DNA of 62,000 nt from Hyalangium minutum (GTDB lineage: Bacteria; Myxococcota; Myxococcia; Myxococcales; Myxococcaceae), in NCBI RefSeq assembly GCF_000737315.1, contig NZ_JMCB01000002.1, forward strand, positions 144,001 through 206,000, in the 5' to 3' direction. Below the pieces are notes generated by a model that saw only the letters and a list, made by a program, of their open reading frames with translations, searched no databases and was not told the DNA's origin. Below, one piece after another: positions 29,824 through 39,561 of this stretch. Made by a program: the position numbers and the translations under genes. The stretch's first letter is position 1; each line of letters begins with the position of its first letter.

Positions 29824-32448
29824 TCACCGAGTGGCGAGAGTGTCCACGTGCTGGCGCAGCTTCGCCTCGTCGCCCATGCAGGCGCTGAGCCCCGGCAGCG
29901 GCTGGGCGGCCTGGGCAATCTTCCCGCGCGTGCGAGGCCCCGCCGCCACGAGCCACGCCACGCCCAGGGCCAGTTCGGCCACCTCGGTCACGCCGGTGAG
30001 GCCGGCGGCGAGCGAGAGCAGCGCCTCCACCGCCTTCTTCACCTGGGCGCCGTGCAGCGGGTGGTTGCTGGTGATGCCCTGGCGCAGCAGCTCCAGCAGC
30101 GCGAGCGCCGTGGCGCGGGCCTGCCGCACCGGCTCCGGTCCCGAGCCCGTGCCCGCCCAGAGCCCGCTGGCGAGCTGCTGGGACAGCAACTCAGTGGCGT
30201 CCGCGCCGTGGGCCGGTGCCTGCTCGGCGGCGGGGAGCGCCTCCTCCATTTCCATGCGGGCCGCGCCTTCGCTGGCACTCAACGCGTCGTCGTCCATGGG
30301 CTCAGGGGCGACACTCCGGCCTTTGACCATGCGCTCCAGCTCGGAGGCGGCCTCGAGGACCCGATCGGCCGCTCGGCGGAGAGCACCGGTGCTCCCATGC
30401 GCGCTGGCCGCCTTCTCCTTCGCGACGATGGGCATGGGGGCCGCGGCCATTGGCGCCGCAGCCGGACGTGCCGGAGCCGGAGGAGGAGGGCTGCCCGGGG
30501 CCGCGCCGCCCACAGCCGCGAAGGAACCGGTGATGGCCTGCTTCTTTTGGGGGGCCGCTCTGTTGCGCGGCATGACCGAGCGGCTCAGGTCCATCGAGTC
30601 CATCTTCGCCTCCTCCTGCTTCGCCGTGCCGAACATGTCCCAGCCCGCGGGAACATTCACGGGGACGACGCGCGTCTCCGGCTGGCCCGAGGCCCGGCGG
30701 TCTCCGGTGCGCTCCTCCACCACCACGAACGAGGTGTACTTGGTGACGATCTGGTGTTGGACGGCGAACTGGACGATGCGCTCCTTCATCCGCTGGGCGC
30801 GGCGCGGATCCACCAACTCCGCGGACTCCCAGGTGCGGATGCGCTCGGCGGCCCACAGCTTCTCCACGGCGGGCCGATCCGACGCCGCCGGGAAGTCCAC
30901 CGGGAGGGTGAGAGAGAAGGACTCCTGCCCCGAGCGGCCCCGGAGTGTCACCTTGCCCTGGCCCGGAGCGGTGTAGCGGCCGAACAGTGTCCACGGCACC
31001 GCGTCCACCAGCGGCGGCAGCTCGGCCGGAGCGAGCTCGGCGCCCGAGACGCCGTCGAAGCTGGCCGTCAGCTCCGTGACACGCGGGGCGAGCGCGCGGG
31101 AGAACTGGGCCACCACCTTGTCATCGATGCGCTCGCCGGGGTGGATGAACTCCACCGCGCCGCCCGTGTTCCGTGCCATGTCCTTGAGCAGCGCGTCGCT
31201 CACGTTGGTGCCGATGCCGAAGGAGTACACGCGCGTCGTCTTCCGCGCCGCGAGCACCGCCTTGAGGATCTCCGCCTCGTTGCCCACCTGTCCGTCCGTC
31301 AGCAGCACCACCACGCCGTCCGGCGCGCCCTGCACGGCGGCCAGCATGGGCTGCAGCAGCTCCGTGCCGCCCGAGGCTTGCAGCGCGGCCACCCACCGGT
31401 CCGCCTGCTCCAGCGTGTGCTGCGTGAAGACAGACGGCTCGTGGGAGAACTTCCGGAAGCTGTTCTCGAAGGCGATGATGTTGAAGCGATCGCCCTCGCG
31501 CAGGTGGCGCAGGCACAGCCGCAGCGCGCCCTGGGCCTGCGGCAGGCTCTCGCCGCCCATGGAGCCCGAGGTGTCCACCACGAACACCACCTCCTGGCGC
31601 TTGGCCGCGCCCGCCATCGCGAGCAGATCCGGCACCACGGTGAGCGCGAAGGTGCCCTCGCCCTCTCCCTTGCGGTGAGTGACGACGGTCGTCAGCGAGG
31701 CGCTCGTGTCATCGCTCCGCACGGTGATGACGAAGTCCCGGTCCAGGGCCACCTCGCCCTTGGCGAACTTCACGCGGACCTTGTGGCCGTCCTTCTCCAG
31801 GGTGAGCGCGTGCGAGGGGCTCTCCACCACCACCGCGCGGCCCAGGTCCACCAGCAGGTCCATCTTCAGGCCGTAGGCCACGTTCCCAATCGGAGGGGTG
31901 ATGCGATCGGCGTCCGGCACCTGGTTCGTGGGGCTGAACGTGCCGTGCCCCGTGCGGTCTCCCTGGCCCGAGCCCGGGATGTAGCGGGGCGCCACCAGCG
32001 TGGGCAGCATCCACCGCACGCTGCCTTCTTCCACTTGGATGGCCTGGAGGAACTCCACCTCGACGAGCGTCTCCTCGTTCGGCAGCAGGTTGCCCACCTG
32101 GGCGGTGAAGACGTTGGGGCGCTCCTGGTCGAGCAGTGCGGCGCCGTGGCCCGCGGTGATGGCGTCGTCATAGTCCTGGAACGCCTTCTCGCGCTCCTTC
32201 ACCACGCCCTGCACCTTGCGGCCGTTGCACTCCATGGAGAAGCCGATGAGCGTCCCGTCCGAGGGGAGCGGGAAGATATAGACGGCCTCTACGGGCCGGC
32301 TCTCGGTGTTGCGGTAGCGCTGGCGCACGCGCACCCGCGCATGACCGCCGAGCAGCTCACCGGTGACTTCCACGCCCTGCAGAGGGATCTGCGCGCCGCT
32401 CCGCATGAACAGCCCGCACTTCAACTGGCCTGCCGTCTCGATGGTCAT
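29824..32448 (-). CDS. VIT (vault/inter-alpha-trypsin) plus von Willebrand A domain protein
   Basis: VRQRYRN..EAVYIFPLP (VIT), vWA MIDAS DTSGS, GGTE, LLTDG and FGIG motifs. Confidence 0.92.
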   Translation of the reverse strand: MTIETAGQLKCGLFMRSGAQIPLQGVEVTGELLGGHARVRVRQRYRNTESRPVEAVYIFPLPSDGTLIGFSMECNGRKVQGVVKEREKAFQDYDDAITAGHGAALLDQERPNVFTAQVGNLLPNEETLVEVEFLQAIQVEEGSVRWMLPTLVAPRYIPGSGQGDRTGHGTFSPTNQVPDADRITPPIGNVAYGLKMDLLVDLGRAVVVESPSHALTLEKDGHKVRVKFAKGEVALDRDFVITVRSDDTSASLTTVVTHRKGEGEGTFALTVVPDLLAMAGAAKRQEVVFVVDTSGSMGGESLPQAQGALRLCLRHLREGDRFNIIAFENSFRKFSHEPSVFTQHTLEQADRWVAALQASGGTELLQPMLAAVQGAPDGVVVLLTDGQVGNEAEILKAVLAARKTTRVYSFGIGTNVSDALLKDMARNTGGAVEFIHPGERIDDKVVAQFSRALAPRVTELTASFDGVSGAELAPAELPPLVDAVPWTLFGRYTAPGQGKVTLRGRSGQESFSLTLPVDFPAASDRPAVEKLWAAERIRTWESAELVDPRRAQRMKERIVQFAVQHQIVTKYTSFVVVEERTGDRRASGQPETRVVPVNVPAGWDMFGTAKQEEAKMDSMDLSRSVMPRNRAAPQKKQAITGSFAAVGGAAPGSPPPPAPARPAAAPMAAAPMPIVAKEKAASAHGSTGALRRAADRVLEAASELERMVKGRSVAPEPMDDDALSASEGAARMEMEEALPAAEQAPAHGADATELLSQQLASGLWAGTGSGPEPVRQARATALALLELLRQGITSNHPLHGAQVKKAVEALLSLAAGLTGVTEVAELALGVAWLVAAGPRTRGKIAQAAQPLPGLSACMGDEAKLRQHVDTLATR

Positions 32449-32455
32449 CTGGCTT

Positions 32456-32959
32456 CTACCTTTCCTCTGACTGCTCGATGAGGGCGCGCACGCGTTCGGC
32501 GAGCGCCCGGGTCTTCTCGTCTGCGGTGTCCGCGAGGTGCAGCTCCAGCCCCGGCGCCAGCTCCCACCGCCGGTAGCCTGTCACGGGCAACTGTCGCCCT
32601 GCTTGCACGGGCCCCGGCGTGGACACTCCGGAGGCCGGGGAGGGTTCCGACAGTGCCGTCGGAGCCGGTGGCAAGATGTCAGTGGGCACCTGGGCCTCGG
32701 ACAGCGCCTTCAGCTCCTCCGGGCTCAGCCGGGTCAGCTCCACCTGAATGGCATCGAGCGGCAGGAAGCGGGCCTGCAGCACGCGGATGGCCTTGAGCCG
32801 CTGCAGGTGCTCCTCGCCGTACACGGTGTCCGGCCCCTTGAAGGGCGGAGCGGGGAGCAGCCCTCGCTGGACGTAGTAGCGCACCGTGCGGGGGGAGACC
32901 CCTGCCTCGGCGGCCAGCTCGGCCAGCTTCCACTCGGTCTGTGTCTTCGTCGGGCTCAC
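32456..32959 (-). CDS. MerR-family HTH regulator
   Basis: LAELAAEAGVSPRTVRYYVQRGLL motif. A GTG start at 32959 is proposed from the promoter position. Confidence 0.85.
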   Translation of the reverse strand: MSPTKTQTEWKLAELAAEAGVSPRTVRYYVQRGLLPAPPFKGPDTVYGEEHLQRLKAIRVLQARFLPLDAIQVELTRLSPEELKALSEAQVPTDILPPAPTALSEPSPASGVSTPGPVQAGRQLPVTGYRRWELAPGLELHLADTADEKTRALAERVRALIEQSEER

Positions 32960-32966
32960 GAGACAG

Positions 32967-32995
32967 ACAGTAAGACCCGACAGTTTAACTGTCAA
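32967..32995 (-). promoter_or_regulatory. Sigma-70-type promoter overlapped by a palindromic operator
   Basis: Minus strand TTGACA-N17-TACTGT. Perfect inverted repeat GACAGTT-T-AACTGTC at 32979-32993. Confidence 0.7.
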
Positions 32996-33056
32996 GAAGA
33001 CAGTTGGTGGAATCTTGCCACTGGCGAGAAGGCCTCCCGGCGAGCCTCCCTCGGCC

Positions 33057-33803
33057 TCACCGCCCCATTCCTAGCGAGCGCAGCAAATCCAGGGGGATGG
33101 GGATGACGGTCTGGTTGCCGCTGTTGCTGATCTCCACCAGCGTCTGCAGGTAGCGGAGCTGGAGCGAGGAGGGGTTTCGAGAGAGCACATCGGCGGCCTG
33201 GGCGAGGCGCTCGGCAGCCTGGTGCTCGCCCTCGGCGGCGATGACCTTGGCGCGGCGCTCGCGCTCGGCCTCGGCCTGGCGGGCGATGGCGCGCTGCATC
33301 TCCACCGGCAGGTCCACGTTCTTCACCTCCACGTTGGAGACCTTGATGCCCCACGGGCCCGTGTGCGCGTCGAGCACCTGCTGGATCTCCTTGTTGACGC
33401 GGTCGCGCTGGGAGAGCAGGTCGTCCAGCTCCACCTGCCCGAGGATGGCGCGCAGCGTGGTCTGCGCCAGCTGGCTGGTGGCGTAGAGGTAGTCCTCCAC
33501 CTGGAGCACGGCCTTGTCGGCCTGGATGACGCGGAAGTAGACGACGGCGCTCACCTTCACGCTGACGTTGTCCTTGGTGATGACGTCCTGGGGGGGCACG
33601 TCCCGTGCCACGGTGCGCAGATCGATGATGACCATGCGCTCCACGAAGGGGATGAGCCAGCGGAAGCCGGCGCGCTTGAGCCCCACATAGCGGCCGAGCC
33701 GGAAGACGACTCCGTTCTGGTACTCGGTGACGATGCGGACGCCGGAGATGAAGAGGAAGAAGAGGAAGACCACGGGAATCAACAGGCCAAGGAGCTCGCT
33801 CAT
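33057..33803 (-). CDS. Slipin (SPFH/band 7, stomatin-like) protein
   Basis: [25 protein letters not shown] and AEAERERRA motifs. Confidence 0.93.
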   Translation of the reverse strand: MSELLGLLIPVVFLFFLFISGVRIVTEYQNGVVFRLGRYVGLKRAGFRWLIPFVERMVIIDLRTVARDVPPQDVITKDNVSVKVSAVVYFRVIQADKAVLQVEDYLYATSQLAQTTLRAILGQVELDDLLSQRDRVNKEIQQVLDAHTGPWGIKVSNVEVKNVDLPVEMQRAIARQAEAERERRAKVIAAEGEHQAAERLAQAADVLSRNPSSLQLRYLQTLVEISNSGNQTVIPIPLDLLRSLGMGR

Positions 33804-35152
33804 GTCTTCACCTCGTCGACGTACAGGGTGAGGCCCTCCACGCGGCGCACCACCACGGGGGTTCCGGCTTGGATGGGAGAGGCGGAGACGGCCCGCCAGC
33901 GCTCGCCGTGGACGAACACCTCGCCCCCCTCGGAGGAGACGGGCCCGAGCGTGGTGCCGCGTTCCCCTGGCAGCCCCGCGTCTCCGGCAAGCTGCGGCAG
34001 ATGGCGGGTCTGCGCGCTGCGGAAGGCGAGGAACACGGCGAAGCCGGCGACCACGATGGCCGTGGGGAGCACCAACGGCAGGGGCACGGACGCGCGCGAG
34101 GAAGGGTCGACGAACCATTCCGGGTCGAAGCGATCCACCAGCAGCACGCCTCCGAGGATGAGCAGCAGCGCCCCGCCAGCGCCGAGCAGGCCGCTGGTGA
34201 CGAAGATCTCCGCGATGAGCATGCCGATGCCCAGGAAGAGGAGCAGGACGGCGCCGGTGCGCACGGGCAAGGCCGAGGAGGCCAGCAGGGCGAGCACGAA
34301 GGCCACGATGCTGATGAGGCCCGGGGCGAAGACGCCCGGATGGGTCAGCTCCACCATGAGCCCGAGCGCGGCCACGAGGAAGAGCATGTAGACGATGGCG
34401 GGCTCCGCGAGCCCATGGAGCAGGCGCTGGGAGAGACTCGGCGAGAGCTCCACCACCTGGGCCTCGCGCGTGGCGAGCTGCCGAGGCCCATCCGCTGTCT
34501 CGACGCGCCGGCCATCCGCCCATGCGAGGAACGCCTCCTCCGAGGAGGCCACCGTCTCCACGACGTGCAGCTCCACGGCGCGGTCGGCGGGGACGCTGAC
34601 GCTCTCACGCACGGCGGTGGCGGCCCACTCGGCGTTGCGGCCGCGCTGGCGGGCGATGCTCTCGGCGAAGGCGGCGGTGTCGTTCTCGATCTTCCGGGCC
34701 ATGGCCTCGCCCGCCTGTTGGGGATCTTCCCCGGTCAGTCCGAGGACGGGGTGCGCCGCGCCAATGTTCGTTCCCGGCGCCATGGCGGCCAGGTGCGATG
34801 CGAGGGTGACGAAGACGCCCGCGCTCCCCGCCCGGGCGCCCGAGGGCCCCACCCAGACCAGCACCGGCACGCGCGAGGCGAGGAAGGCCCGGACGATGGC
34901 GCGGGTGGACTCCAAGGAGCCGCCGGGCGTGTCCACCCGGACGAGCAACGCGGCATGGCCCGCCTCCTCCGCCTTTCGGACGCACTCGGTCAGATAGGCG
35001 CCCGAGCCGGCATCCACGATGCCTTCGAGCACACAGCGGGACACGATGGGCCTGTCACGAGGGGACTCGGCGAGGACGCCGCTCGCCAGCATCAGCCCGA
35101 GCAGCGGGAGGACACGGGCCCTCCGCCAGGCCATGCGAGTCCCGGAGTTCAT
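33800..35152 (-). CDS. nfeD: NfeD family membrane-bound serine protease (long form)
   Basis: [23 protein letters not shown] motifs and C-terminal GERWRA OB domain. It is upstream of the slipin gene. Confidence 0.92.
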   Translation of the reverse strand: MNSGTRMAWRRARVLPLLGLMLASGVLAESPRDRPIVSRCVLEGIVDAGSGAYLTECVRKAEEAGHAALLVRVDTPGGSLESTRAIVRAFLASRVPVLVWVGPSGARAGSAGVFVTLASHLAAMAPGTNIGAAHPVLGLTGEDPQQAGEAMARKIENDTAAFAESIARQRGRNAEWAATAVRESVSVPADRAVELHVVETVASSEEAFLAWADGRRVETADGPRQLATREAQVVELSPSLSQRLLHGLAEPAIVYMLFLVAALGLMVELTHPGVFAPGLISIVAFVLALLASSALPVRTGAVLLLFLGIGMLIAEIFVTSGLLGAGGALLLILGGVLLVDRFDPEWFVDPSSRASVPLPLVLPTAIVVAGFAVFLAFRSAQTRHLPQLAGDAGLPGERGTTLGPVSSEGGEVFVHGERWRAVSASPIQAGTPVVVRRVEGLTLYVDEVKT

Positions 35153-36441
35153 GCGGGAGCGCTCGGTTGGGAGGCGAGGGCCAGCCCTCGAGGCGCCAGG
35201 GGCCTGTCGTGGGCCAGTGCATCCATCATTCGCAGTTCGTCGAGCAGCAGCCGGGGGAAGAGGAAGTTCTGGCGGACGTGCTCCCGGCCCCGCTCGCCCA
35301 GACACTGGGCCTCTTGTGGGTGGCGCAGCAGGTGGAGCACGGCTTCGGCGCACTCCTCCACGTTGTCCACGAGGATGCCGCCCGTGCCCTCGGGCATCTG
35401 GATCGGGATGCCGCCGGCACGTCCGGCGACGACGGGGGTGCCCTTCCACAGTGCCTCGGACACGACGAGCCCGAAGCCCTCGCGGATGGACTTCTGGATG
35501 ACGACGTCCGAGAGCGACTGGAAGGCGTTGACCTCCATGTTTCCCACGCCCACCAGGTTGGTGAAGATGTGGATGCGATTGTCGCCTGTGGTGACGTCGC
35601 GGATCTGCCGGTAGATGTCCCAGCCTTCGGGATCATCCAGGGCGAGCGAGCCCACCATGGCCAGCTGCAGCTCAGGGATGTGGGCACGCACGCGCCGGTA
35701 TGCGGCGATGACGCCCAGGGGGTCCTTCCACGGATCGAAGCGGCTGATCTGGGTGACGAGAGGCCGGCTCAGACGCACGCCGAGCCACTCGAGCAACTGG
35801 CGCGCAAGGTCCACCGGGAGGGGGAGGTTCTTGGGGCTGAGCGGATCAATGGCCGGCGAGTGGATGGCCACGCGGCCGATGGGGAACCTCGGGGGGATGA
35901 ACTCGGGCAGGGTGAAGATGGCGGCGTCGTAGGGGTAGAGGAACGGGCGGAGGAACTCCCAGGCCTCGGGGTTGGGGCTGGAGGTGTCGATGTGACAGCG
36001 CCAGATCCATCGCGCGTCCTGGCGGTCGGCGAGCATGGCCAAGGCGGCCGGCTGCGGATCGTGGACGACGATGAAGTCATAGTCCGTGGACAGGTTGCGG
36101 GCGTTGAGCTGCGAGTGGGCGAGGTACGTGGCCTTGTCCGTCTCGGAGAAGCCGCCGGGGGCTCCCTGAAGACCGTTGTGGAGACGCTTGGTGACCTGAA
36201 AGAAGGCCTGGTCGCCCCGGATGAGCTGCCAGTCGGCCACCAGACCTAGATCATTGAGCAGCGCAACGCCCGAACGGAGGAGTTCCGAGACTCCGCCTCC
36301 GTACGGCGTGGCGTTGAGGTGCAGGACGCGGGCGCCGCGCAGGCGCTCGGCCAGATGGAGCACCTCCTCGATGTGCTCCTCGGGGGCAATGCCCCTGTAC
36401 GCGGAGAACGAGCGCTTCCCGAGATCGACGAGGTCCAGCAT
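35149..36441 (-). CDS. GT4 glycosyltransferase, trehalose synthase TreT-like
   Basis: [32 protein letters not shown] and [10 protein letters not shown] motifs. Start MLDLV at 36441. Confidence 0.85.
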   Translation of the reverse strand: MLDLVDLGKRSFSAYRGIAPEEHIEEVLHLAERLRGARVLHLNATPYGGGVSELLRSGVALLNDLGLVADWQLIRGDQAFFQVTKRLHNGLQGAPGGFSETDKATYLAHSQLNARNLSTDYDFIVVHDPQPAALAMLADRQDARWIWRCHIDTSSPNPEAWEFLRPFLYPYDAAIFTLPEFIPPRFPIGRVAIHSPAIDPLSPKNLPLPVDLARQLLEWLGVRLSRPLVTQISRFDPWKDPLGVIAAYRRVRAHIPELQLAMVGSLALDDPEGWDIYRQIRDVTTGDNRIHIFTNLVGVGNMEVNAFQSLSDVVIQKSIREGFGLVVSEALWKGTPVVAGRAGGIPIQMPEGTGGILVDNVEECAEAVLHLLRHPQEAQCLGERGREHVRQNFLFPRLLLDELRMMDALAHDRPLAPRGLALASQPSAPA

Positions 36442-36635
36442 GGAGCCCTCCGGGACGAAGTTGGGTCTGGAGCCACCGCGCGACAGCCGGGCCGAAGGGC
36501 AAGCCCGGGGCGGGGGGCGCAGGGCGGGGGCTTGCCCGGCTGGGGGCCGCATCCGATGCCGAACGGATGCGCTCGCAGCGCATTGCCTGAAGTGAGGCCG
36601 GTTCCTAGCGTCCTCGGAGGCCCTTAGGAGGACTT

Positions 36636-36827
36636 ATGCGTCGTGCCGTACTCATCGCTGTCTCTTTGGCTGCTCTTTCCACTGCCTGCCGGACGACCCA
36701 GCCGCAGGGCGCGGACAACCAGGTGCCCATCGACAACCCAGGGCAGGAGTCCATCCAGACGGTCCCTGCGGAGCCCCCAGGCCCTGGCAGCCCCATCACT
36801 GCCCCGGTGGACGCTCCCAAAGGGTAG
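36636..36827 (+). CDS. Small Pro-rich lipoprotein
   Basis: MRR plus hydrophobic stretch and LSTAC lipobox. AGGAGG RBS upstream. Confidence 0.75.
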   Translation: MRRAVLIAVSLAALSTACRTTQPQGADNQVPIDNPGQESIQTVPAEPPGPGSPITAPVDAPKG

Positions 36828-36854
36828 AAGCCACTGAGCCGAAGCAGCCGCGCG

Positions 36855-37748
36855 CTACTGGAAGATGTCCGAGCGGGCGGCCTCGGCGATGGCGACGACA
36901 GCGGGGTGACGCAGCCGGCGCTCGACGGTGATGGCGTAGAAGCAGTTCTCGATCTCGTCGGTGCGGCCGATGACGGTGACGTCGAACTGGCGGACGACCT
37001 CGGCCTCGATGACGGAGGGCATGGCGAAGACGCCGAGCCCGCGCTGACCGAAGGCCTTGAGGAGGGCGCTGTCGTCGAAGTCGCCGACGATGGTGGGGCG
37101 CACGCCCTTGCCATCGAACCAGACGTCGAGCGCGTGGCGGACGGCGCTGGCCTCGGAGGGCATGAGCATGGGGGCGCCGTGGAGGGAGCGGGGGAAGTCC
37201 TTCTTGAGGTGGCCGTGGATGGCCGCAGCGAAGAAGGACACCCCGCACTTGCCGAGCAGGTGGTTGAAGGCTCGGACACTGACGGGCTCTGAGCCGGGGG
37301 CATCGGCGAGCACGACGTCCAGCTCATGCAGGGCGAGCGAGGCGAGGAGCTGGGGGAGGGGGCCTTCGCGGCAGATGATGCGCAGGGGGCCGACGTCGAG
37401 GGCGGGCTGGAGGAGCCGCTCGGCGACGACCTTGGGGACGACGTCAGCGACGCCGACCTGAAGGCGGAGTTGCTGGCCGGAGGGGAGGCCGCTGACGACG
37501 TTCTTGAGCTCGTTGCCGAGGCGGAAAATCTCATCGGCGTAGCGCATGACGGTGCGGCCGACGTCAGTGAGGACGAGCTTGCGACCCTGTCGCTCGAAGA
37601 GCTTGTGGCCGAGCGCCTCCTCGAGGAGCTTGATCTGGCTGCTGATGGTGGGCTGGGCGAGGTGGAGTTCTTCGCCGGCCTTGGCGATGGTGCCGGCCCG
37701 GGCCACGGTCCAGAAGTAGAGCAGGTGGTGGTAATTGAGCCAGCTCAA
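36855..37748 (-). CDS. nhaR: LysR-family regulator, NhaR-like
   Basis: WLNYHHLLYFWTVA and L.QPTIS.QIK.LE motifs. TTG start. Confidence 0.85.
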   Translation of the reverse strand: MSWLNYHHLLYFWTVARAGTIAKAGEELHLAQPTISSQIKLLEEALGHKLFERQGRKLVLTDVGRTVMRYADEIFRLGNELKNVVSGLPSGQQLRLQVGVADVVPKVVAERLLQPALDVGPLRIICREGPLPQLLASLALHELDVVLADAPGSEPVSVRAFNHLLGKCGVSFFAAAIHGHLKKDFPRSLHGAPMLMPSEASAVRHALDVWFDGKGVRPTIVGDFDDSALLKAFGQRGLGVFAMPSVIEAEVVRQFDVTVIGRTDEIENCFYAITVERRLRHPAVVAIAEAARSDIFQ

Positions 37749-37922
37749 GCTTTCCTCAAGGGGTCGGGACGAACGTTCGATGCTCGGGTAGGTAAGGGGT
37801 TCCGTACTGGGGGTGACGTGGCGGGCTGGCCGAAGGGTGGGCGTACGAGGGTAGGAGGGGTGTAGGGTCTAGGCGAGTGGCCGGGCGGCCGGGCGTTAAA
37901 GGCAGGAAGGATCAGAACGCGC

Positions 37923-37951
37923 TTGACGTAGGAGAGGAGTCCCCGTAAATC
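37923..37951 (+). promoter_or_regulatory. Sigma-70-type promoter of tRNA-Phe
   Basis: TTGACG-N17-TAAATC, about 25 bp before the tRNA. Confidence 0.65.
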
Positions 37952-37976
37952 GGCGCTGCTTTGCGCGGTGACACCC

Positions 37977-38049
37977 GCCCAGGTAGCTCAGTCGGTAGAG
38001 CAGGGGACTGAAAATCCCCGTGTCGGTGGTTCGATTCCGCCCCTGGGCA
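37977..38049 (+). tRNA. tRNA-Phe (GAA)
   Basis: Full cloverleaf: acceptor GCCCAGG/CCTGGGC, anticodon arm GGGGA-CTGAAAA-TCCCC, T-loop TTCGATT. CCA is not encoded. Confidence 0.98.
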
Positions 38050-38070
38050 CAAGAAGCTGAAGAAATTTCA

Positions 38071-38105
38071 GGGCCTTGAACTTCGGTTCAAGGCCCTTCT
38101 TTTTT
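38071..38105 (+). terminator. Rho-independent terminator after tRNA-Phe
   Basis: GGGCCTTGAAC-TTCG-GTTCAAGGCCC followed by TTCTTTTTT. Confidence 0.9.
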
Positions 38106-38194
38106 GCCCGCCGAGAGGAAGGCCTGTGCCGGCGTGGGGCTCCAGGGAACTGCTCTGCACCCGTCCACACCCTCCACAGGCCTCCCATCCTCGG

Positions 38195-38368
38195 CTAGTA
38201 GTTAGGCTCGCACAGCGAAGGCACGTTGATGCATTCGCAGCAGATATCCAACTCAGAGACCTCGGTCCCGAGGGTCGCCGACATCTCCAGGCGAGACTCC
38301 AGCTCGGTCAGCTGAAACTCCTCCATCAGCTCATCGGTTGCGACAGACACGGGCTTCTTTGCGGCCAT
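38195..38368 (-). CDS. 57-aa candidate RiPP precursor peptide (acidic leader plus Cys-rich core)
   Basis: Hand translation: MAAKKPVSVATDELMEEFQLTELESRLEMSATLGTEVSELDICCECINVPSLCEPNY*. GGAGG lies 7 nt before the ATG. It is absent from the ORF track because of its length. Confidence 0.8.
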   Translation of the reverse strand: MAAKKPVSVATDELMEEFQLTELESRLEMSATLGTEVSELDICCECINVPSLCEPNY

Positions 38369-38400
38369 GGTGTTTCCTCCGGTGGTACGACAGTCAAGGT

Positions 38401-39561
38401 TCAGGGGCTCCCGGCGCTCGCCAGCGCGCCTACGTCGAGCAGCTTGCGGATCCGCGCATTCGACAAGTCCAGCGCGGCCCGTGCGGAAGGGCGCTCAACG
38501 GCTGCGCGGAACACGTCAGCTGCCTCCTGGTCGAGCATGAGGCAGCTGTGGCGGGCCTTGTCGAGCAGGACCGGCTGCTCCCCATACACCAGCAGCGCGA
38601 ACCGGCCGGTATCGGCGCGCAGCTCCGCGGCGCCCTCCTCGACCGTCCGCGCGGCGGGACGCACATCCGTGTTTCGCTGGAGATAGCGCTCGACGTAAAG
38701 CCAGCCTTCCCACTGCCCCAGCGCATCGGCCACGGACTGTTCCAGCAGGCGGTACAGCGCCTGGGTTGTGCTGGCGGCGTACTGCTCACGATCGTCTCCG
38801 GACGGGACAATCGGCGGATGAAAGGTCAGCGACAGGGAATGATCGGCGTCGCGCCGGCACACCACGGGCACCACGGGTACGCCTGAGAGGTGGCTCAGAT
38901 AGGCGATTCCAGCACGCGCCATGAGCTGCTGGCCGAAGAACTCCACGGGCACCATGCTGCCGTTGTCCTTGTTGTTACCGACTCCCGCGTTGCCGTCGAT
39001 GTAGAGGACGAGCGACGCGCCGCGCCTGAGGGCACGCAGGCCGAACAGGAGGCTGTTGCGGTCTTGGGCGTTGACCGTGCGGAGCGTGCCCGTCCAGCCC
39101 CGGGCCCGCGCGGCATCCTGCACCCCCTCGAGGATGTCCTGCCCCTGCTTGTTCAGCGTATTCCCAGCCAGGAACAACACGCAGTCGGTTCCGGCGCGCA
39201 TCAGGAAGTGGAACAAGTGCCGATACGAACCCGCGTGGTAGGTGCAGAAGATGTGGCTGCCCGCCGTCCGTCCGTCCAAGAAGATGCCAGCCAGATCACG
39301 CAGGCGCGTCGTCTGCACCAGGTCGTATTGCTTCTGGTCGAGCACCGCCATGCGCTGCTGGAAGATCACCTCCGCGATGACCGCCTCCCGGCGCTCGCGC
39401 GGCAGCCGCGGGAAGAAGTAACGCAGGTTGGCGTCGCACAGGTGGTAGGCATTGTTGAACGCATCGGACTGGCGCGGCGCACTGACGACACCGTCCAAGG
39501 CGCGGCGCAGCGCCACGATGAGCTCGTCTGCCTTGCGAGCATAGTGTGCGTCCACGCTCAT
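38401..39561 (-). CDS. LpxL/HtrB-like (LPLAT superfamily) acyltransferase with small C-terminal extension
   Basis: FCTYHAGSY, LYIDGN, VEFFG, GVPVVPV and QWEGW correspond to lipid A acyltransferase-family blocks. Start MSVDA at 39561 overlaps the upstream stop (ATGA). Confidence 0.75.
   Translation of the reverse strand: MSVDAHYARKADELIVALRRALDGVVSAPRQSDAFNNAYHLCDANLRYFFPRLPRERREAVIAEVIFQQRMAVLDQKQYDLVQTTRLRDLAGIFLDGRTAGSHIFCTYHAGSYRHLFHFLMRAGTDCVLFLAGNTLNKQGQDILEGVQDAARARGWTGTLRTVNAQDRNSLLFGLRALRRGASLVLYIDGNAGVGNNKDNGSMVPVEFFGQQLMARAGIAYLSHLSGVPVVPVVCRRDADHSLSLTFHPPIVPSGDDREQYAASTTQALYRLLEQSVADALGQWEGWLYVERYLQRNTDVRPAARTVEEGAAELRADTGRFALLVYGEQPVLLDKARHSCLMLDQEAADVFRAAVERPSARAALDLSNARIRKLLDVGALASAGSP

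Noticed and set aside
29038-32481. 1147-aa plus-strand ORF
   Set aside because: Antisense shadow of the scramblase and VIT-vWA genes.
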